A stretch of DNA of 64,000 bases from Gemmatimonadaceae bacterium (GCA_040901985.1 JBBDYC010000007.1:1-64000), one strand, 5' to 3'. Positions 43,117-53,899 are shown, numbered from the stretch's first letter. A program made the numbers and translations. Notes: generated by a model from the letters alone, not told the origin.

Positions 43117-44457
43117 ATGACCTCTCCCCTCCTCGCCTCCGGGCTGCAGCGCCGCATCGGACTCTGGAGTGCGATTGCCGTCGTCATCGGCTCCACCATT
43201 GGCTCGGGGATCTTCCGCTCCCCGGCCGCGATCGCCGACCGGCTCCCCGGGCCGCTCCCGATGCTCAGCTCGTGGATCGCCGGCGGGATCTTCGCGATCT
43301 GCGGCGCGCTCACGATCGCCGAGATCTCCAGCGCGCTCCCCCGCACGGGGGGGATCTACGTCTTCCTGAAGCAGGGGTGGGGCGATCTCTCGGCGTTCGT
43401 CTTTGGGTGGGCGCAGCTCGTGATGATCCGTGCCGCCTCGCTCGGCGCGATCGCCATCACCTGCTCGGAGTATTTCTTCCGGGTGATGGGGTGGGACCTT
43501 TCGCTGGTGATGCCGGTGCGCTGGGCGGCCGCGGCGGCAATCCTCCTCACCGCGACCTTCAACATCCTCGGCGTGCGCGTCGGTGCCGCGTTCACCAACA
43601 TCACCGTCCTCGCCAAGTACGGCGGACTCCTCTTCATCATTGTGGTTGCGTTCGCCATCGGGCTGCCGCAGACCGGGGGCGGACACTACTTCCCGTTGGT
43701 GCCGCCCGGGAGCTTTGCCATCCCGGCCTTCGGCCTCGCCCTGGTGAGCACGCTCTGGGCCTTCGACGGCTGGGCCGACCTGTCCTACAACGGCGGCGAG
43801 GTCCAAGACCCCCAGCGCAACCTCCCCCGGGCGCTGATTGGCGGGACGCTGGCGGTCATCGCCATCTATATCCTGGCCAATCTTGCCTACCTCGCCGTGC
43901 TGCCGATCGAGGAGATGCGCACGTCGCGACTCGTGGCGGCCGACGTGGCCGAGCGGGTGATCGGGCCAGCGGGGGTGGTCTTTGTGTCGGTGACGGTGAT
44001 GGTCTCGACCTTCGGGACGCTCAACGCCGTGCTTTTCACGAGCCCGCGGATCTTTTTCGCGATGGCCGACGACGGACTGTTCTTCAAGCCGGTGGCGGCG
44101 GTGCACCCGACGCTCGGCACTCCGTGGGTGGCGATCGTCCTCACCGCGGCACTCGGCGCGATCTTCGTGCTGCTCCGGACGTTCGAGCAGCTGGCCGACG
44201 CCTTCGTGACGGCCTTCCTGCCGTTCTACTTCCTCGCCGTGGCGAGCATCTTCCGTCTGCGCGGCCGTCCCGACTACCAGCCCTCGTTCCGCGTCCCGTT
44301 CTACCCACTGGTCCCGGCGCTGTTTATGGTGGCGGTGCTCTATCTCCTGGGGAATGCGTTGATCCAGGAGAGCAGCCGGTGGCAGACAGTCGGGGTGTTG
44401 ACCGTCTGCCTGACCGGGGTGCCGGTCTATTTCGCGACCGTCGGCCGGAAGCGGTAA
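43117..44457 (+). CDS. APC family amino acid permease
   Basis: GSTIGSGIF, GGIY, WAFDGW, many TM segments. Confidence 0.93.
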   Translation: MTSPLLASGLQRRIGLWSAIAVVIGSTIGSGIFRSPAAIADRLPGPLPMLSSWIAGGIFAICGALTIAEISSALPRTGGIYVFLKQGWGDLSAFVFGWAQLVMIRAASLGAIAITCSEYFFRVMGWDLSLVMPVRWAAAAAILLTATFNILGVRVGAAFTNITVLAKYGGLLFIIVVAFAIGLPQTGGGHYFPLVPPGSFAIPAFGLALVSTLWAFDGWADLSYNGGEVQDPQRNLPRALIGGTLAVIAIYILANLAYLAVLPIEEMRTSRLVAADVAERVIGPAGVVFVSVTVMVSTFGTLNAVLFTSPRIFFAMADDGLFFKPVAAVHPTLGTPWVAIVLTAALGAIFVLLRTFEQLADAFVTAFLPFYFLAVASIFRLRGRPDYQPSFRVPFYPLVPALFMVAVLYLLGNALIQESSRWQTVGVLTVCLTGVPVYFATVGRKR

Positions 44458-44485
44458 CGGTTCGGTCGCGGGCGGACTGCGTGAC

Positions 44486-44514
44486 TTGACGGCGCGGCCC
44501 CGGCGGCGGAACAT
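44486..44514 (+). promoter_or_regulatory. Candidate promoter TTGACG-N17-GAACAT for TonB receptor 2
   Basis: Same layout as 7805-7833. Confidence 0.45.
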
Positions 44515-44582
44515 TGACACTATATTATGGCGTCCTTCTGCTGGCGCGTCGCCGCATCCCACCGCAACTGAGGAAAACCCCA

Positions 44583-47500
44583 ATGCAGCGTTGGATTCGC
44601 AGGTTGGCACTCGTCGTCGCGGCCACTGCCGCGGGCGCGCTCGTGGCAGCCGACGCCGCGGCACAGGTGACCACGGGCTCGGTCCGCGGCATCGTGACCG
44701 ACGCGGAGAACCGTCCCCTCGAAGGCGCCCGGATCGTCGCGGTCCACACGCCGTCAGGCACGCGATACATCGGCGTGAGCCGCGCCGACGGGCGGTTCAA
44801 CATCCCCGGGATGCGCGTTGGCGGGCCGTATGCGGTCACCGCCACGATGATTGGGTACGCGCGCCAGGGCCGCGACGACATCATGGTGGCGCTCGGCGCC
44901 GCCGCCGACCTGCAGTTCCGGATGACCGCGGTGGCCACGCAGCTGGCGCAGGTGACCGTGACGTCCGAGGGCGGTGAGATGAGCTCGACGCGGACGGGGG
45001 CGGCGACGCAGGTGCGGCGCGACCAGATCCAGGCATTGCCGACGGTGGGCCGCCGGCTTGCGGACTTCACCCGCCTGACGCCGCAGGCGCAAGGCAACGG
45101 CACCTCGTTTGCCGGCTACGACGACCGCCTGAACAACATCACGGTGGACGGCGCGGCCTTCAACAACTCGTTCGGCCTCGCGGGCTCGCCGGGCGACCGT
45201 ACGCGTGTCGCACCGATCTCGATGGACGCCATCGAGGCGGTCCAGGTCAACATTGCTCCGTTTGACGTCCGCCAGGCCGGCTTCGTGGGCGCCGGGGTGA
45301 ACACGGTGACGCGCAGCGGCACCAACACCTGGCACGGGGCGCTCTACTACACCACCCGAGACAACGAGATGGTGGGCACCAAGGCAGGTCCGGGCACCTT
45401 CAACCCGGGCACGTTCGACTTCAACCTCCTTGGCGTCACCGTCGGCGGCCCGATCCTCAAGGACAAGCTCTTCTTCTTCGTGAACTACGAGGACGACAAG
45501 GTCGAGTCGCCGTTGACGACGCTCCGCGCCAACACCGGCAGTGAGCCGATTGGTGGCAACGTCACCCGCGTGCTCGAGTCCGACCTGACCGCGTTGCAGA
45601 ATTACATGGCGACCAACTTCGGGCGCACCCTCGGCGCCTTCCAGGGCTATCCGGGGCTGACGCCGTCGGCCCGCCTCACCTTTAAGATTGACTATGCGCT
45701 GAGCGAGCGGAACAAGTTCTCGGTCCGGTACTCGCAGCTGGAGTCGTCAACCGACAATCGGACCTCCGGCTCGTCGTCCCTCGGCTTCTCGGGCGGGCGC
45801 GGACAGGGTACCAACTGGTTGGGCTTCCAGGGCAGCAATTACTCGATTCTCGAGAACATCGATTCATATAGCGCCGAGTGGAATTCGTTGATCACGGATC
45901 GGATGTCCAATCAGCTCGTCATCACGTCAACCAAGCACGACGAGAGCCGCGGCCCAATTGGCACGCTCTTCCCATTCGTGGACATCCTGCAGGGCGGGTC
46001 CGCCTACACGTCGCTCGGCTCCGAGCCGTTCACGCCGAACAACGAACTGCGCTACAGCAGCACCCAGATCCAGAACAACTTCACGATCTTCGGTCGGGCG
46101 CACGACCTGACGTTCGGCTTCAGCGTCGAGAAGTACGAGTCCGAGAACGTCTTCTTCCCCGGGAGCCAGAGCGCCTACGTCTACAACTCGCTGGCGGACT
46201 TCTACTCGGACCTCGACGGCTTCCTGGCCGCGTGTCCGGTGCAGGCCACCTGGGCGACCTGCTCCCGTCCCGCGTCGCCAGTCACCTTGAACCGGTTCCA
46301 GGTCCGCTGGGCCAACATCCCCGGGATGACCAAGCCGATCCAGCCGCTCGAGGTGACGTACTCGGGCGTCTATGCACAGGATGAGTGGCGCGTCCGTTCG
46401 AACCTCAAGCTGGTCGCCGGCTTGCGCGTTGACATGGCCTCGTTCGGCGCCACCGGTTTTGAGAACCCGAATACCAATGCAATGACGTTCCGGGACGAGG
46501 ACGGCAATAACGTCCAGTACGAGACCCAGCACCTTCCTGATGCCAAGCCACTCTTTTCGCCACGCGTCGGCTTTAACTACGACCTCCGTGGCAACGGCGT
46601 GACCGTCATCCGCGGCGGAACCGGCGTCTTCACCGGCCGACCGGCGTACGTCTGGATCTCCAACCAGATCGGTGAGAACGGGATGCTGACGGGTTTTGAG
46701 CAATTGAACAGCACCACGACACGGCCGTTCCACCCGGACCCGGACCACTACAAGCCGGCCACGGTGACCGGCGCTCCGGCGACGTCCACCGGGCTTGCCA
46801 TCACCGACAACGGTTTCAAGTTTCCCCAGGTCTGGCGCACCAGCCTCGGCATTGACCACCGCTTTGCCTCCGGGTGGCGCGGCACGTTGGACTTCCTCTG
46901 GGGCCGCGACGTAAACGGCATTTACTACATCAATGCCAACCTGCCGGCGGCGCAAACTGCCTTTGTCGGGCCGGATACGCGCAGCCGCTGGACGTCCAAC
47001 CGCATCAACGCCACTGTGACCAGCGCGATCGTGATGAAGAACCAGAACATCGGCGAGTCGTACAGCGCCGCCCTGTCGCTGGAACGGACGTGGGACACGG
47101 GCTTCTTCACCAAGTTCGCGACGGCGTACGGCGATTCGAAGAACACCATTGACCCCGGCAGCATCGCGTCCGGTTCGTGGTTCAACAACGTCCAGTCGGA
47201 TGACCCCAACAACCCGGGGCTCGGCCGATCGAGCAACTTCCAGGGCCGCCGCTCGTTCGTGGCCATCGCCTACACGCGGGATTTCTTTGGCTGGGGCGAC
47301 ACGAAGGTGTCCACGTTCATCGAGAATCGCACGCAGGGGAGCGTGAGCTACCGCTTCTCGAACGATGCCAACGGCGACGGTGGGTCGAACGACCTGCTGT
47401 ATATCCCGAGGGACGCCAGCGAGATGAACTTCCAGGCGTTCACGCAGGGCACCCGGACGTACACCGTGGCGGAGCAGCAAGCGGCGTGGGACGCCTACAT

Positions 47501-47894
47501 CAATCAGGATCCGTACTTGCGGACGCGTCGCGGCCAGTACGCCGAGCGAAACGGGCTCATTTTGCCGCAGATCACACGCATGGACGTGAGCTTCTCGCAG
47601 GACATCAGCCGGTTGGTCTCCGGTCAGCGGAATTCCCTGCAGTTCCGGGTGGACGTCCTGAACTTCACCAATATGATCAACTCGGATTGGGGCGGCGGCG
47701 TTCGGGTCATCGATGTGTCGCCGCTTACGTCGGTGGCGCCCACGACCGGGGTGGATCCGAAGGCCGGACACCTGCGGTACACGATGCGCACCATCAGTTC
47801 AGGCGGACCGCTCGTCTCGCAGACCTACCAGAAGACCGCGTTCGAAGGCGACGTGTGGCGGATGCAGTTCGGGTTCCGGTATACGTTCAATTGA
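44583..47894 (+). CDS. TonB-dependent receptor, Oar-like
   Basis: Signal peptide, carboxypeptidase-regulatory domain, NNITVDGA, VTRSGTN, C-terminal FGFRYTFN. Confidence 0.92.
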   Translation: MQRWIRRLALVVAATAAGALVAADAAAQVTTGSVRGIVTDAENRPLEGARIVAVHTPSGTRYIGVSRADGRFNIPGMRVGGPYAVTATMIGYARQGRDDIMVALGAAADLQFRMTAVATQLAQVTVTSEGGEMSSTRTGAATQVRRDQIQALPTVGRRLADFTRLTPQAQGNGTSFAGYDDRLNNITVDGAAFNNSFGLAGSPGDRTRVAPISMDAIEAVQVNIAPFDVRQAGFVGAGVNTVTRSGTNTWHGALYYTTRDNEMVGTKAGPGTFNPGTFDFNLLGVTVGGPILKDKLFFFVNYEDDKVESPLTTLRANTGSEPIGGNVTRVLESDLTALQNYMATNFGRTLGAFQGYPGLTPSARLTFKIDYALSERNKFSVRYSQLESSTDNRTSGSSSLGFSGGRGQGTNWLGFQGSNYSILENIDSYSAEWNSLITDRMSNQLVITSTKHDESRGPIGTLFPFVDILQGGSAYTSLGSEPFTPNNELRYSSTQIQNNFTIFGRAHDLTFGFSVEKYESENVFFPGSQSAYVYNSLADFYSDLDGFLAACPVQATWATCSRPASPVTLNRFQVRWANIPGMTKPIQPLEVTYSGVYAQDEWRVRSNLKLVAGLRVDMASFGATGFENPNTNAMTFRDEDGNNVQYETQHLPDAKPLFSPRVGFNYDLRGNGVTVIRGGTGVFTGRPAYVWISNQIGENGMLTGFEQLNSTTTRPFHPDPDHYKPATVTGAPATSTGLAITDNGFKFPQVWRTSLGIDHRFASGWRGTLDFLWGRDVNGIYYINANLPAAQTAFVGPDTRSRWTSNRINATVTSAIVMKNQNIGESYSAALSLERTWDTGFFTKFATAYGDSKNTIDPGSIASGSWFNNVQSDDPNNPGLGRSSNFQGRRSFVAIAYTRDFFGWGDTKVSTFIENRTQGSVSYRFSNDANGDGGSNDLLYIPRDASEMNFQAFTQGTRTYTVAEQQAAWDAYINQDPYLRTRRGQYAERNGLILPQITRMDVSFSQDISRLVSGQRNSLQFRVDVLNFTNMINSDWGGGVRVIDVSPLTSVAPTTGVDPKAGHLRYTMRTISSGGPLVSQTYQKTAFEGDVWRMQFGFRYTFN

Positions 47895-47912
47895 TGGCGT
47901 AGTTGACCCAGT

Positions 47913-47956
47913 AACGACGAAGCCCCGGCAGCTCTCGCTGCGGGGGCTTCGTCGTT
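47913..47956. terminator. Hairpin between convergent genes (bidirectional terminator candidate)
   Basis: aacgacgaagccccggcagc-tctc-gctgcgggggcttcgtcgtt, 20-bp arms with 1 mismatch. Confidence 0.75.
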
Positions 47957-47980
47957 GTCCTCACCCCTCACCCCTGTGGT

Positions 47981-48862
47981 TCAGAAGATTGACAGCTTGA
48001 TGTACTTCCTCGGATTCCGCTGAAAATCCGCCGTCAGCGAATCCAGCCGCGTCAGCAGCGCCCGCGTGTCCCGATAGAGTCCCGGATCGTTCATCAGCAG
48101 CCCGGCCGAGCCCTCGGTCCCCTCCAGCCGCGCCAGCACCCGGTCCAGCCCCGCCGTCGTCGTCCGCAGCTCCGTCGCCAGCTGTCCGACGTTCGTCGCC
48201 GCGCTCGAGAGCGCCCGCACGGTGCTGTCCACGGTCGCCGAGTCCACTGCGGTCGCCACGCGGCGCAACGCCTCCTGCGTCCGCGTCAGCTCCGCCGACT
48301 GCTTCTCGGCCACGGCGCCGAGGGTCCCGATCAGCGCGTTGGCGTTGGCAATCGTCCGCCGAAGGTCGGCGAAGCCGCGCCCGGTCACGAACTCCCGGTT
48401 GAGCTCGCGCGTCAGTGCCTGCAGGTCGCGGCCGATCGAGTCCACGCGGTCGAGCACATCGCCCACCTGCGCGCTTGGCGTCCCCGACGGGATTGTGTCC
48501 CCCGGCGAGAAATCCTCGTCGGTCATCTCCCCGGGCATCAGCGCCACCATCATATCGCCGAAGACGCCGTTGGGGACGATCCGCGCGGTCGTGGTCAGTG
48601 GCACCCCGTACTTCTTGCCGATTCGCATTGCCACGACGAGGTCGCCGTCGCGACGGAACGCGACGTCGTCCACATAGCCGACCGAAACCCCCGAGAGGAG
48701 CACCGGCTGGCCGGGCCGCAGTCCGGAGCCCCAAGCGAAGACGGAATAGACCGGGTACCCCGGCACGAGTCCGCCGCGGGCCAGATAGAGGGATCCGGCC
48801 ACCGCCACCCCGAAGGCGACCGTCGCCATCATCCCCACGAGCACTTCGTCGCGTCGCTTCAT
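47981..48862 (-). CDS. mlaD: MCE/MlaD family protein
   Basis: N-terminal TM, GLRPGQPVLLSGVSVGYV, coiled-coil tail ending NPRKY. Confidence 0.88.
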   Translation of the reverse strand: MKRRDEVLVGMMATVAFGVAVAGSLYLARGGLVPGYPVYSVFAWGSGLRPGQPVLLSGVSVGYVDDVAFRRDGDLVVAMRIGKKYGVPLTTTARIVPNGVFGDMMVALMPGEMTDEDFSPGDTIPSGTPSAQVGDVLDRVDSIGRDLQALTRELNREFVTGRGFADLRRTIANANALIGTLGAVAEKQSAELTRTQEALRRVATAVDSATVDSTVRALSSAATNVGQLATELRTTTAGLDRVLARLEGTEGSAGLLMNDPGLYRDTRALLTRLDSLTADFQRNPRKYIKLSIF

Positions 48863-49698
48863 CCCTGAAGGTAAGGTGCGAGGAGGACCGCCGTGATGGC
48901 GTCGAGGATCAGGATGGCAATCGAGGAGACGACCACCGCCTTGGCCGTGCTCCGCCCGACCCCCTCGGCGCCGCCGCGCGTCGTGTAGCCCTCGTAGGTG
49001 CAGAGGAAGGCGATCGCGCCGCCGAAGAGCGTCGCCTTGATCAGGCTGTACGTGATCTGGAACTGGTCGAACCCGAGCCGCACCCCCTCCATGAACTGCG
49101 AGTACTGGACGTCGGTGATCGTCACCGCGGCCATCAGGCCGGAGAAGACGCCGAAGAAGTTGGCGAAGACCGTCAGGACCGGCAACATCAGGATGGACGC
49201 GATGATCCGTGGCACGACAAGGAAGGCCACCGGGTCGAACGCCAGCGTCTCGAGGGCGTCAATCTGCTCGGTCACCCGCATCGTCGCGATCTCGGCAGTC
49301 ATCTTCGCGCCGACGCGGCCGGCGAGCACGAGGCCCGTCAGCAGCGGCCCGGTCTCGAGGATCACGATCTGGCGCGACGAGAGGCCGACGATCGAGAGCT
49401 GGATGCCGGGGAAGAGCTGGTAGCGGATCTGGATGGTGATCACGCCGCCGATGAACGCCGCCACCATGATCGCCAGGGGGAGCGAGTCCACGCCGATCAC
49501 CCGCATCTGATGGAAGACCTCGCGGCTCCACGTACGGCCCTCACGCAGCGCCCGGCCGATCTCGCGGCAGAAGAGCACGCGCGCCCCGATCCCCTCGAGG
49601 AGCGCCAGCGCGCCGTGCCCCATCATCCGGAAGAACCGCAGCCCGGAGCGCTGGACGATCGGGAACGACGCGGTGGGGCGGCGAGTGCGGGAATCCAA
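48859..49698 (-). CDS. mlaE: MlaE family ABC permease
   Basis: ETGPLLTGLVLAGRVGA, MRVTEQIDALE, GGAEGVG. Confidence 0.92.
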   Translation of the reverse strand: MDSRTRRPTASFPIVQRSGLRFFRMMGHGALALLEGIGARVLFCREIGRALREGRTWSREVFHQMRVIGVDSLPLAIMVAAFIGGVITIQIRYQLFPGIQLSIVGLSSRQIVILETGPLLTGLVLAGRVGAKMTAEIATMRVTEQIDALETLAFDPVAFLVVPRIIASILMLPVLTVFANFFGVFSGLMAAVTITDVQYSQFMEGVRLGFDQFQITYSLIKATLFGGAIAFLCTYEGYTTRGGAEGVGRSTAKAVVVSSIAILILDAITAVLLAPYLQG

Positions 49699-50784
49699 TC
49701 AGGTCCTGACCTTGACGAGGAGGAAGGTGCCGAGGCCGGCGAACAGCATTCCCGGCAGCCAGGCGGCGAGCTCGGGCATCACCAGCCCGCTCGCCCCGAT
49801 GGCCTGCGTCAGCTGCAGCAGCACGAGGAAAACTACGGTGGTGGCGAGGCTGACCGCCACGCCGTAGGCGGTGCCGCCGCGCTGCGTGCTGGTCGCCAGC
49901 GGCGCGCCGATCAGCATGATGATCACGCAGGTCACGGGAATCGCGATCTTCAGCATTCGCTCCACCCGCAGCTTGCGCACATCGGCCCCTGAACGCTCCA
50001 TCGCCGCGATGAAGCGGCCGAGGTCGCGGTACCCCATCTCGGCCGGCGCCTTGGGGTTGGCCATCAGGTGCACCGGCTGCTCGGTGAAATGTCGGTCGCG
50101 CAGCGAGTCGAACTGGATGCTTACGTTGGAGAGCGAGTCGGGGAGGATGTGGACCCAGCCGTCGCTCAGCTGCCACCCCGCCGCTGCCCGCCAGGCCCCC
50201 TCGCGCGCGGTGACGAGATAGGTCGGGTAGTCCGGTCCGACGCCGCGCCGCTCGACCTCCACCCTGGAGAGCGTCTGGGTCACGACGTCGGCGTAGCCGA
50301 TCTTGTAGACGCGGCCCTCGTCGGCGGCGTAGGCGAAGTTCGAGCGCTGGTTGGCCGCCCGCACCTGCTTCTCCTTCAGCAGTTCGAGGCGCCGCGAGTT
50401 GAGCGGCGGGATGATCTCGGCGAGCCCCAGTCCGAGGAACGTCGCCGCGACCGCGCCCAGCGCGATCGGCAGGATGAACCGATGGAAGCTGATCCCCGAC
50501 GCCTTGGCCGCCGTGATCTCGCTGTGGCGCGTGAATCCGCCGACGGTGAAGACGGTCGCGAAGAGCACCGCCGCCGGCAGGACGAGGAACATCGTGTCCG
50601 GGATCCCATACAGGTACGCCAGGGCGATGTCGCGCACCGTGAGCTCGCGCGCGAAGTAGTTGTCCATCTTCTCCGAGATATCAATGACGATGACGAGGAG
50701 CGGGAACCCGAGCGCGGTGGCGGCGAGGACCTTCCAGAACTCGACGAGGACGTACCGGTCGAGCGGTCTGAGAATGCGCCTCAC
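49699..50784 (-). CDS. lptG: LptF/LptG family LPS export permease (LptG)
   Basis: LDRYV, SEITAAKASGIS, AAWLP. Confidence 0.82.
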   Translation of the reverse strand: MRRILRPLDRYVLVEFWKVLAATALGFPLLVIVIDISEKMDNYFARELTVRDIALAYLYGIPDTMFLVLPAAVLFATVFTVGGFTRHSEITAAKASGISFHRFILPIALGAVAATFLGLGLAEIIPPLNSRRLELLKEKQVRAANQRSNFAYAADEGRVYKIGYADVVTQTLSRVEVERRGVGPDYPTYLVTAREGAWRAAAGWQLSDGWVHILPDSLSNVSIQFDSLRDRHFTEQPVHLMANPKAPAEMGYRDLGRFIAAMERSGADVRKLRVERMLKIAIPVTCVIIMLIGAPLATSTQRGGTAYGVAVSLATTVVFLVLLQLTQAIGASGLVMPELAAWLPGMLFAGLGTFLLVKVRT

Positions 50785-52262
50785 GCGGCCCTCCGCCGCC
50801 GCGCGCGCACGGCGTCGAGCAAGCGGCCCCACCACTCGCTCGTCTCGCTGCCGCGGGGGGTCGATCCCTCGCTCCCCAGCCGCAGGGTCAGCACCACCCC
50901 GACGATCCCCAGGAAGGCATTCGTTCCCCACATCGCGACAAACGGGTCGAGCAAGTTGCGGTCGGCCAGCGCCTCGCCGGCGAGCAGCCCCACGTAATAG
51001 ATGGCAAACACGCCGAGGCTGGCACCGATCGTCAGCCCGACGCCGCCGCGCGGGAAGCGGAGCGCGATCGGCGCGCCGAGAAGCACGAAGACGATGCAGG
51101 CCACCGCGATCGCGAACTTCTTCTCGATCTCCACCCGGAACCGGTCAATGCCGCTCTGGGTGGAGGCGAGCTCGAACCGCAGGCCGCCGACGACGATCGC
51201 GTCGTAGCCCTCCGGCACCTCGGAGCGGATTCCGTCCCGTTGGGTTGCCGGCGGCGGCTGGATGCGCTGCGCGGCCTGGCCGGGCTGTGCCGCCTCGGCC
51301 TCCTTCACCACGCGGAAGTCGCGCCAGGCGCGTTGCGCCGCGCAGTAAATCCCGCTCAGCCCCGGCAGCTCGCGCGGCGGCGTGCCAATCGGTTCGCCCG
51401 GGCGCTGCGCGACCTGCAGGCGCATCCAGATCGTGTCTCGCTGGCCGACGTTCTGCCGCACCCGCCCGTCGAGCTCGCAGATTGTCAGTTCGCGGTCCGA
51501 CTTGTACGCGGCACGGGACTCGTCGCGCGCGAGTCGCGTGGCGACGTCGCGAACGCGGATCAGGTCGCTCCGGAAGAAGCTTCGTTGCAGGCGGCGCGGC
51601 GACTCCTCGGCGAGCTCGGTGGTCGAGCCGTCGTAGAGGGTGAGAATCAGATCCTCGCCGGTGTGCGAGAAGGCCAGCGTGCCGCTCTCGGCGACGACCG
51701 TCCGCCGGCGCTTCGGGTCGGCGAGGTCGTAGATCGTCACGTCGCGCATCCGGTTCGTGCCCGGCTCGATGCGTGCCGCCCGCAGGTAGAGCTGGCCGCG
51801 GACGATCTCGTTGATCACCTGCTCGCTCAACGCGAGCGTCGGCTTCACCCGCGAGATGTCGGCCTGGAGGACCGCCAGGCGGTGGTTCGCGCGCGGCAGG
51901 ACCTGGTCGTTGAAGAGCACCATCCCGCCCGCCAGCACCACCGAGGCGAGGATCACCGGGCGGACGAGACGCTGCATGCTGACGCCGCTCGCCTTGAATG
52001 CCGTGATCTCGTTCTCGGCTGCAAAGCGCGAGAAGGCGTGCAGCGTCGCGACGAGCACCGCCATCGGGAAGGTCATCGCGATCGTGAACGGGATGGACAG
52101 CACCACGAACTCGACGATCACGCTCCACGGCAGCCCCTTGCCGACGAGCTCACCGAAGCGCTTCGCAATGAAGTTGAGCAGGAGCAGCGAGGTCAGCGCC
52201 GAGAGGGCGAAGGCCAGCGGCCCGACGTGCTCACGCAGGATGTAGCGGGTGATGAGTTTCAA
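50781..52262 (-). CDS. lptF: LptF/LptG family LPS export permease (LptF)
   Basis: ITRYILRE, NEITAFKASGVS, EIEKKFA. Confidence 0.82.
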   Translation of the reverse strand: MKLITRYILREHVGPLAFALSALTSLLLLNFIAKRFGELVGKGLPWSVIVEFVVLSIPFTIAMTFPMAVLVATLHAFSRFAAENEITAFKASGVSMQRLVRPVILASVVLAGGMVLFNDQVLPRANHRLAVLQADISRVKPTLALSEQVINEIVRGQLYLRAARIEPGTNRMRDVTIYDLADPKRRRTVVAESGTLAFSHTGEDLILTLYDGSTTELAEESPRRLQRSFFRSDLIRVRDVATRLARDESRAAYKSDRELTICELDGRVRQNVGQRDTIWMRLQVAQRPGEPIGTPPRELPGLSGIYCAAQRAWRDFRVVKEAEAAQPGQAAQRIQPPPATQRDGIRSEVPEGYDAIVVGGLRFELASTQSGIDRFRVEIEKKFAIAVACIVFVLLGAPIALRFPRGGVGLTIGASLGVFAIYYVGLLAGEALADRNLLDPFVAMWGTNAFLGIVGVVLTLRLGSEGSTPRGSETSEWWGRLLDAVRARRRRAA

Positions 52263-52416
52263 GGCGAGGCGAGGCGGGTTGGGCGCGAGGCTCCGGGGGC
52301 AGCCGTATATTCCACTGTCCGTCACGGCACGGGCAAGGTGGCGGCGGGCTTCCTACCCCGGGCACGGGCGGCTGGCCGCTTGCCCGCTCCTCAGTCCTTC
52401 TCTCCGGGTCCGGCGT

Positions 52417-53367
52417 ATGCTTCGGTTCGTGCTGCGAGCTCTCCCTGGCCGCCTTGCGGCGCTCTCCCTGGTCACGACGATGGCCGCCTGCAGTGGTTCG
52501 GATGCGTCGGGGCGGGCCGCGGCAGCGAGCCCCCCGGAGTTCGACGGCGCAACGGCAATGGGCTACGTCCGCGCCCAGCTTGCCTTCGGCCCGCGCGTAC
52601 CGGGCACGGCGGCGCATCGGGCGATGGGCGACTGGCTGATTGCCGAGCTCAGCCGCCGTGCCGACACGGTGGTGGTCCAGGAGTGGGTGCACACCACGGC
52701 CGACGGCCAGCGCCTGCCGATGCGCAACATCCTCGCCCGCTTCGCGCCCGGGGCGGGGAACCGCGTGCTCTACGTCGCGCACTGGGATTCGCGGCCGCGG
52801 TCGGAAAAGGCGTCCACCGCGATGGGTCGGCTGGAACCCGTCCCGGGGGCGAACGACGGTGCCTCCGGGGTCGCGATCCTGCTCGGCGTCGCTGACGCGC
52901 TCCGGGCGCGTCCGGCGACCGTCGGCGTGGACCTCCTCTTCGTGGATGGCGAGGACTGGGGCGACTTCGACACCCTCACCGACGTCCTGATCGGCTCCCG
53001 CCACTTCGCGCGGAACCTCCCGGACCCCGGCTACGCGCCGCTCTTCGGCGTGGTCTGGGATCTGGTCGGCGACGCCGACCCGCGGTTTCTCTACGAGTCC
53101 CACTCCGTGCGCGCCGCGCCGGAGGTGGTCCAGCGCGTCTGGTCCACCGCGCGCCGGCTCGGCCACCAGGCGATCTTCATCCCGCGCGAGTATGGCGAGA
53201 TCACCGACGACCATCTCCCGCTGATCGAGGCCGGCCTGCGGGTGATTGACGTGATTGACCTCGACTACCCCTGGCATCACACGCCGGAGGACACCGAGGA
53301 CAAGGTGTCGCAGCGGACGCTCCAGATCGTGGGCGACGTCGCGCTGGCCGTGCTGCGCGAGATCTGA
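52417..53367 (+). CDS. M28 peptidase / glutaminyl cyclase-like lipoprotein
   Basis: Lipobox MAAC, AHWDSR, GANDGASG, DGED, DDHLP, WHHT. Confidence 0.88.
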   Translation: MLRFVLRALPGRLAALSLVTTMAACSGSDASGRAAAASPPEFDGATAMGYVRAQLAFGPRVPGTAAHRAMGDWLIAELSRRADTVVVQEWVHTTADGQRLPMRNILARFAPGAGNRVLYVAHWDSRPRSEKASTAMGRLEPVPGANDGASGVAILLGVADALRARPATVGVDLLFVDGEDWGDFDTLTDVLIGSRHFARNLPDPGYAPLFGVVWDLVGDADPRFLYESHSVRAAPEVVQRVWSTARRLGHQAIFIPREYGEITDDHLPLIEAGLRVIDVIDLDYPWHHTPEDTEDKVSQRTLQIVGDVALAVLREI

Positions 53368-53422
53368 CCCGGGGCGCGATGGTTCGGTGACGCGGCGGCG
53401 CGGTGGGTGGCTAGCGTCCGGC

Positions 53423-53899
53423 GTGCCCACCCCGGCCGAACGGCGCGCGCTGCTCTTCGTGGCCGCCGTGGCGGCGCTCGGCCTGGCCGTCCGCGGGGGC
53501 CGCTCGCTGCGCCCGACCGAGGTGCCGGCGAGCGACCGCGAGGCGCTCGCCCGCCAGATTGCCGCCGTGGACTCGGCGATCGCCGCCGGCGGTCGGCCGC
53601 GGGGCGGCGCCGGCCGGCCAGCCCCCGCGACGCCAACCCCGGCACCGCCGGCGGCTCCGGTGGACGTCAACACCGCCGACGTGGCCGAACTCGACCGCCT
53701 TCCGGGAATCGGGCCCGCCCTCGCCGCGCGGATCGTCGCCGACCGCGAGCAAGCCGGGCCATTCGCCTCGGTGGAGTCGCTCCAGCGCGTCAAGGGCATC
53801 GGGCCGGCCCTCGCGGCGCGCCTCGCGCCGCACGTCACCTTCTCCGGCGCGCCCCGGCCCTCCCCCGCGGACGGGCAGGGATGGCGTGTACATCCTTGA
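53423..53899 (+). CDS. comEA: ComEA-like helix-hairpin-helix DNA-binding protein
   Basis: TM segment plus VDVNTA...LPGIGPALAARIV...VKGIG. Confidence 0.85.
   Translation: MPTPAERRALLFVAAVAALGLAVRGGRSLRPTEVPASDREALARQIAAVDSAIAAGGRPRGGAGRPAPATPTPAPPAAPVDVNTADVAELDRLPGIGPALAARIVADREQAGPFASVESLQRVKGIGPALAARLAPHVTFSGAPRPSPADGQGWRVHP

Noticed and set aside
44583..47894. Lower-GC TonB receptor as a recent horizontal acquisition
   Set aside because: It still uses ATT GAC and TCA substitutions that avoid RTCGAC; the composition is explained by an Asn/Thr/Phe-rich protein
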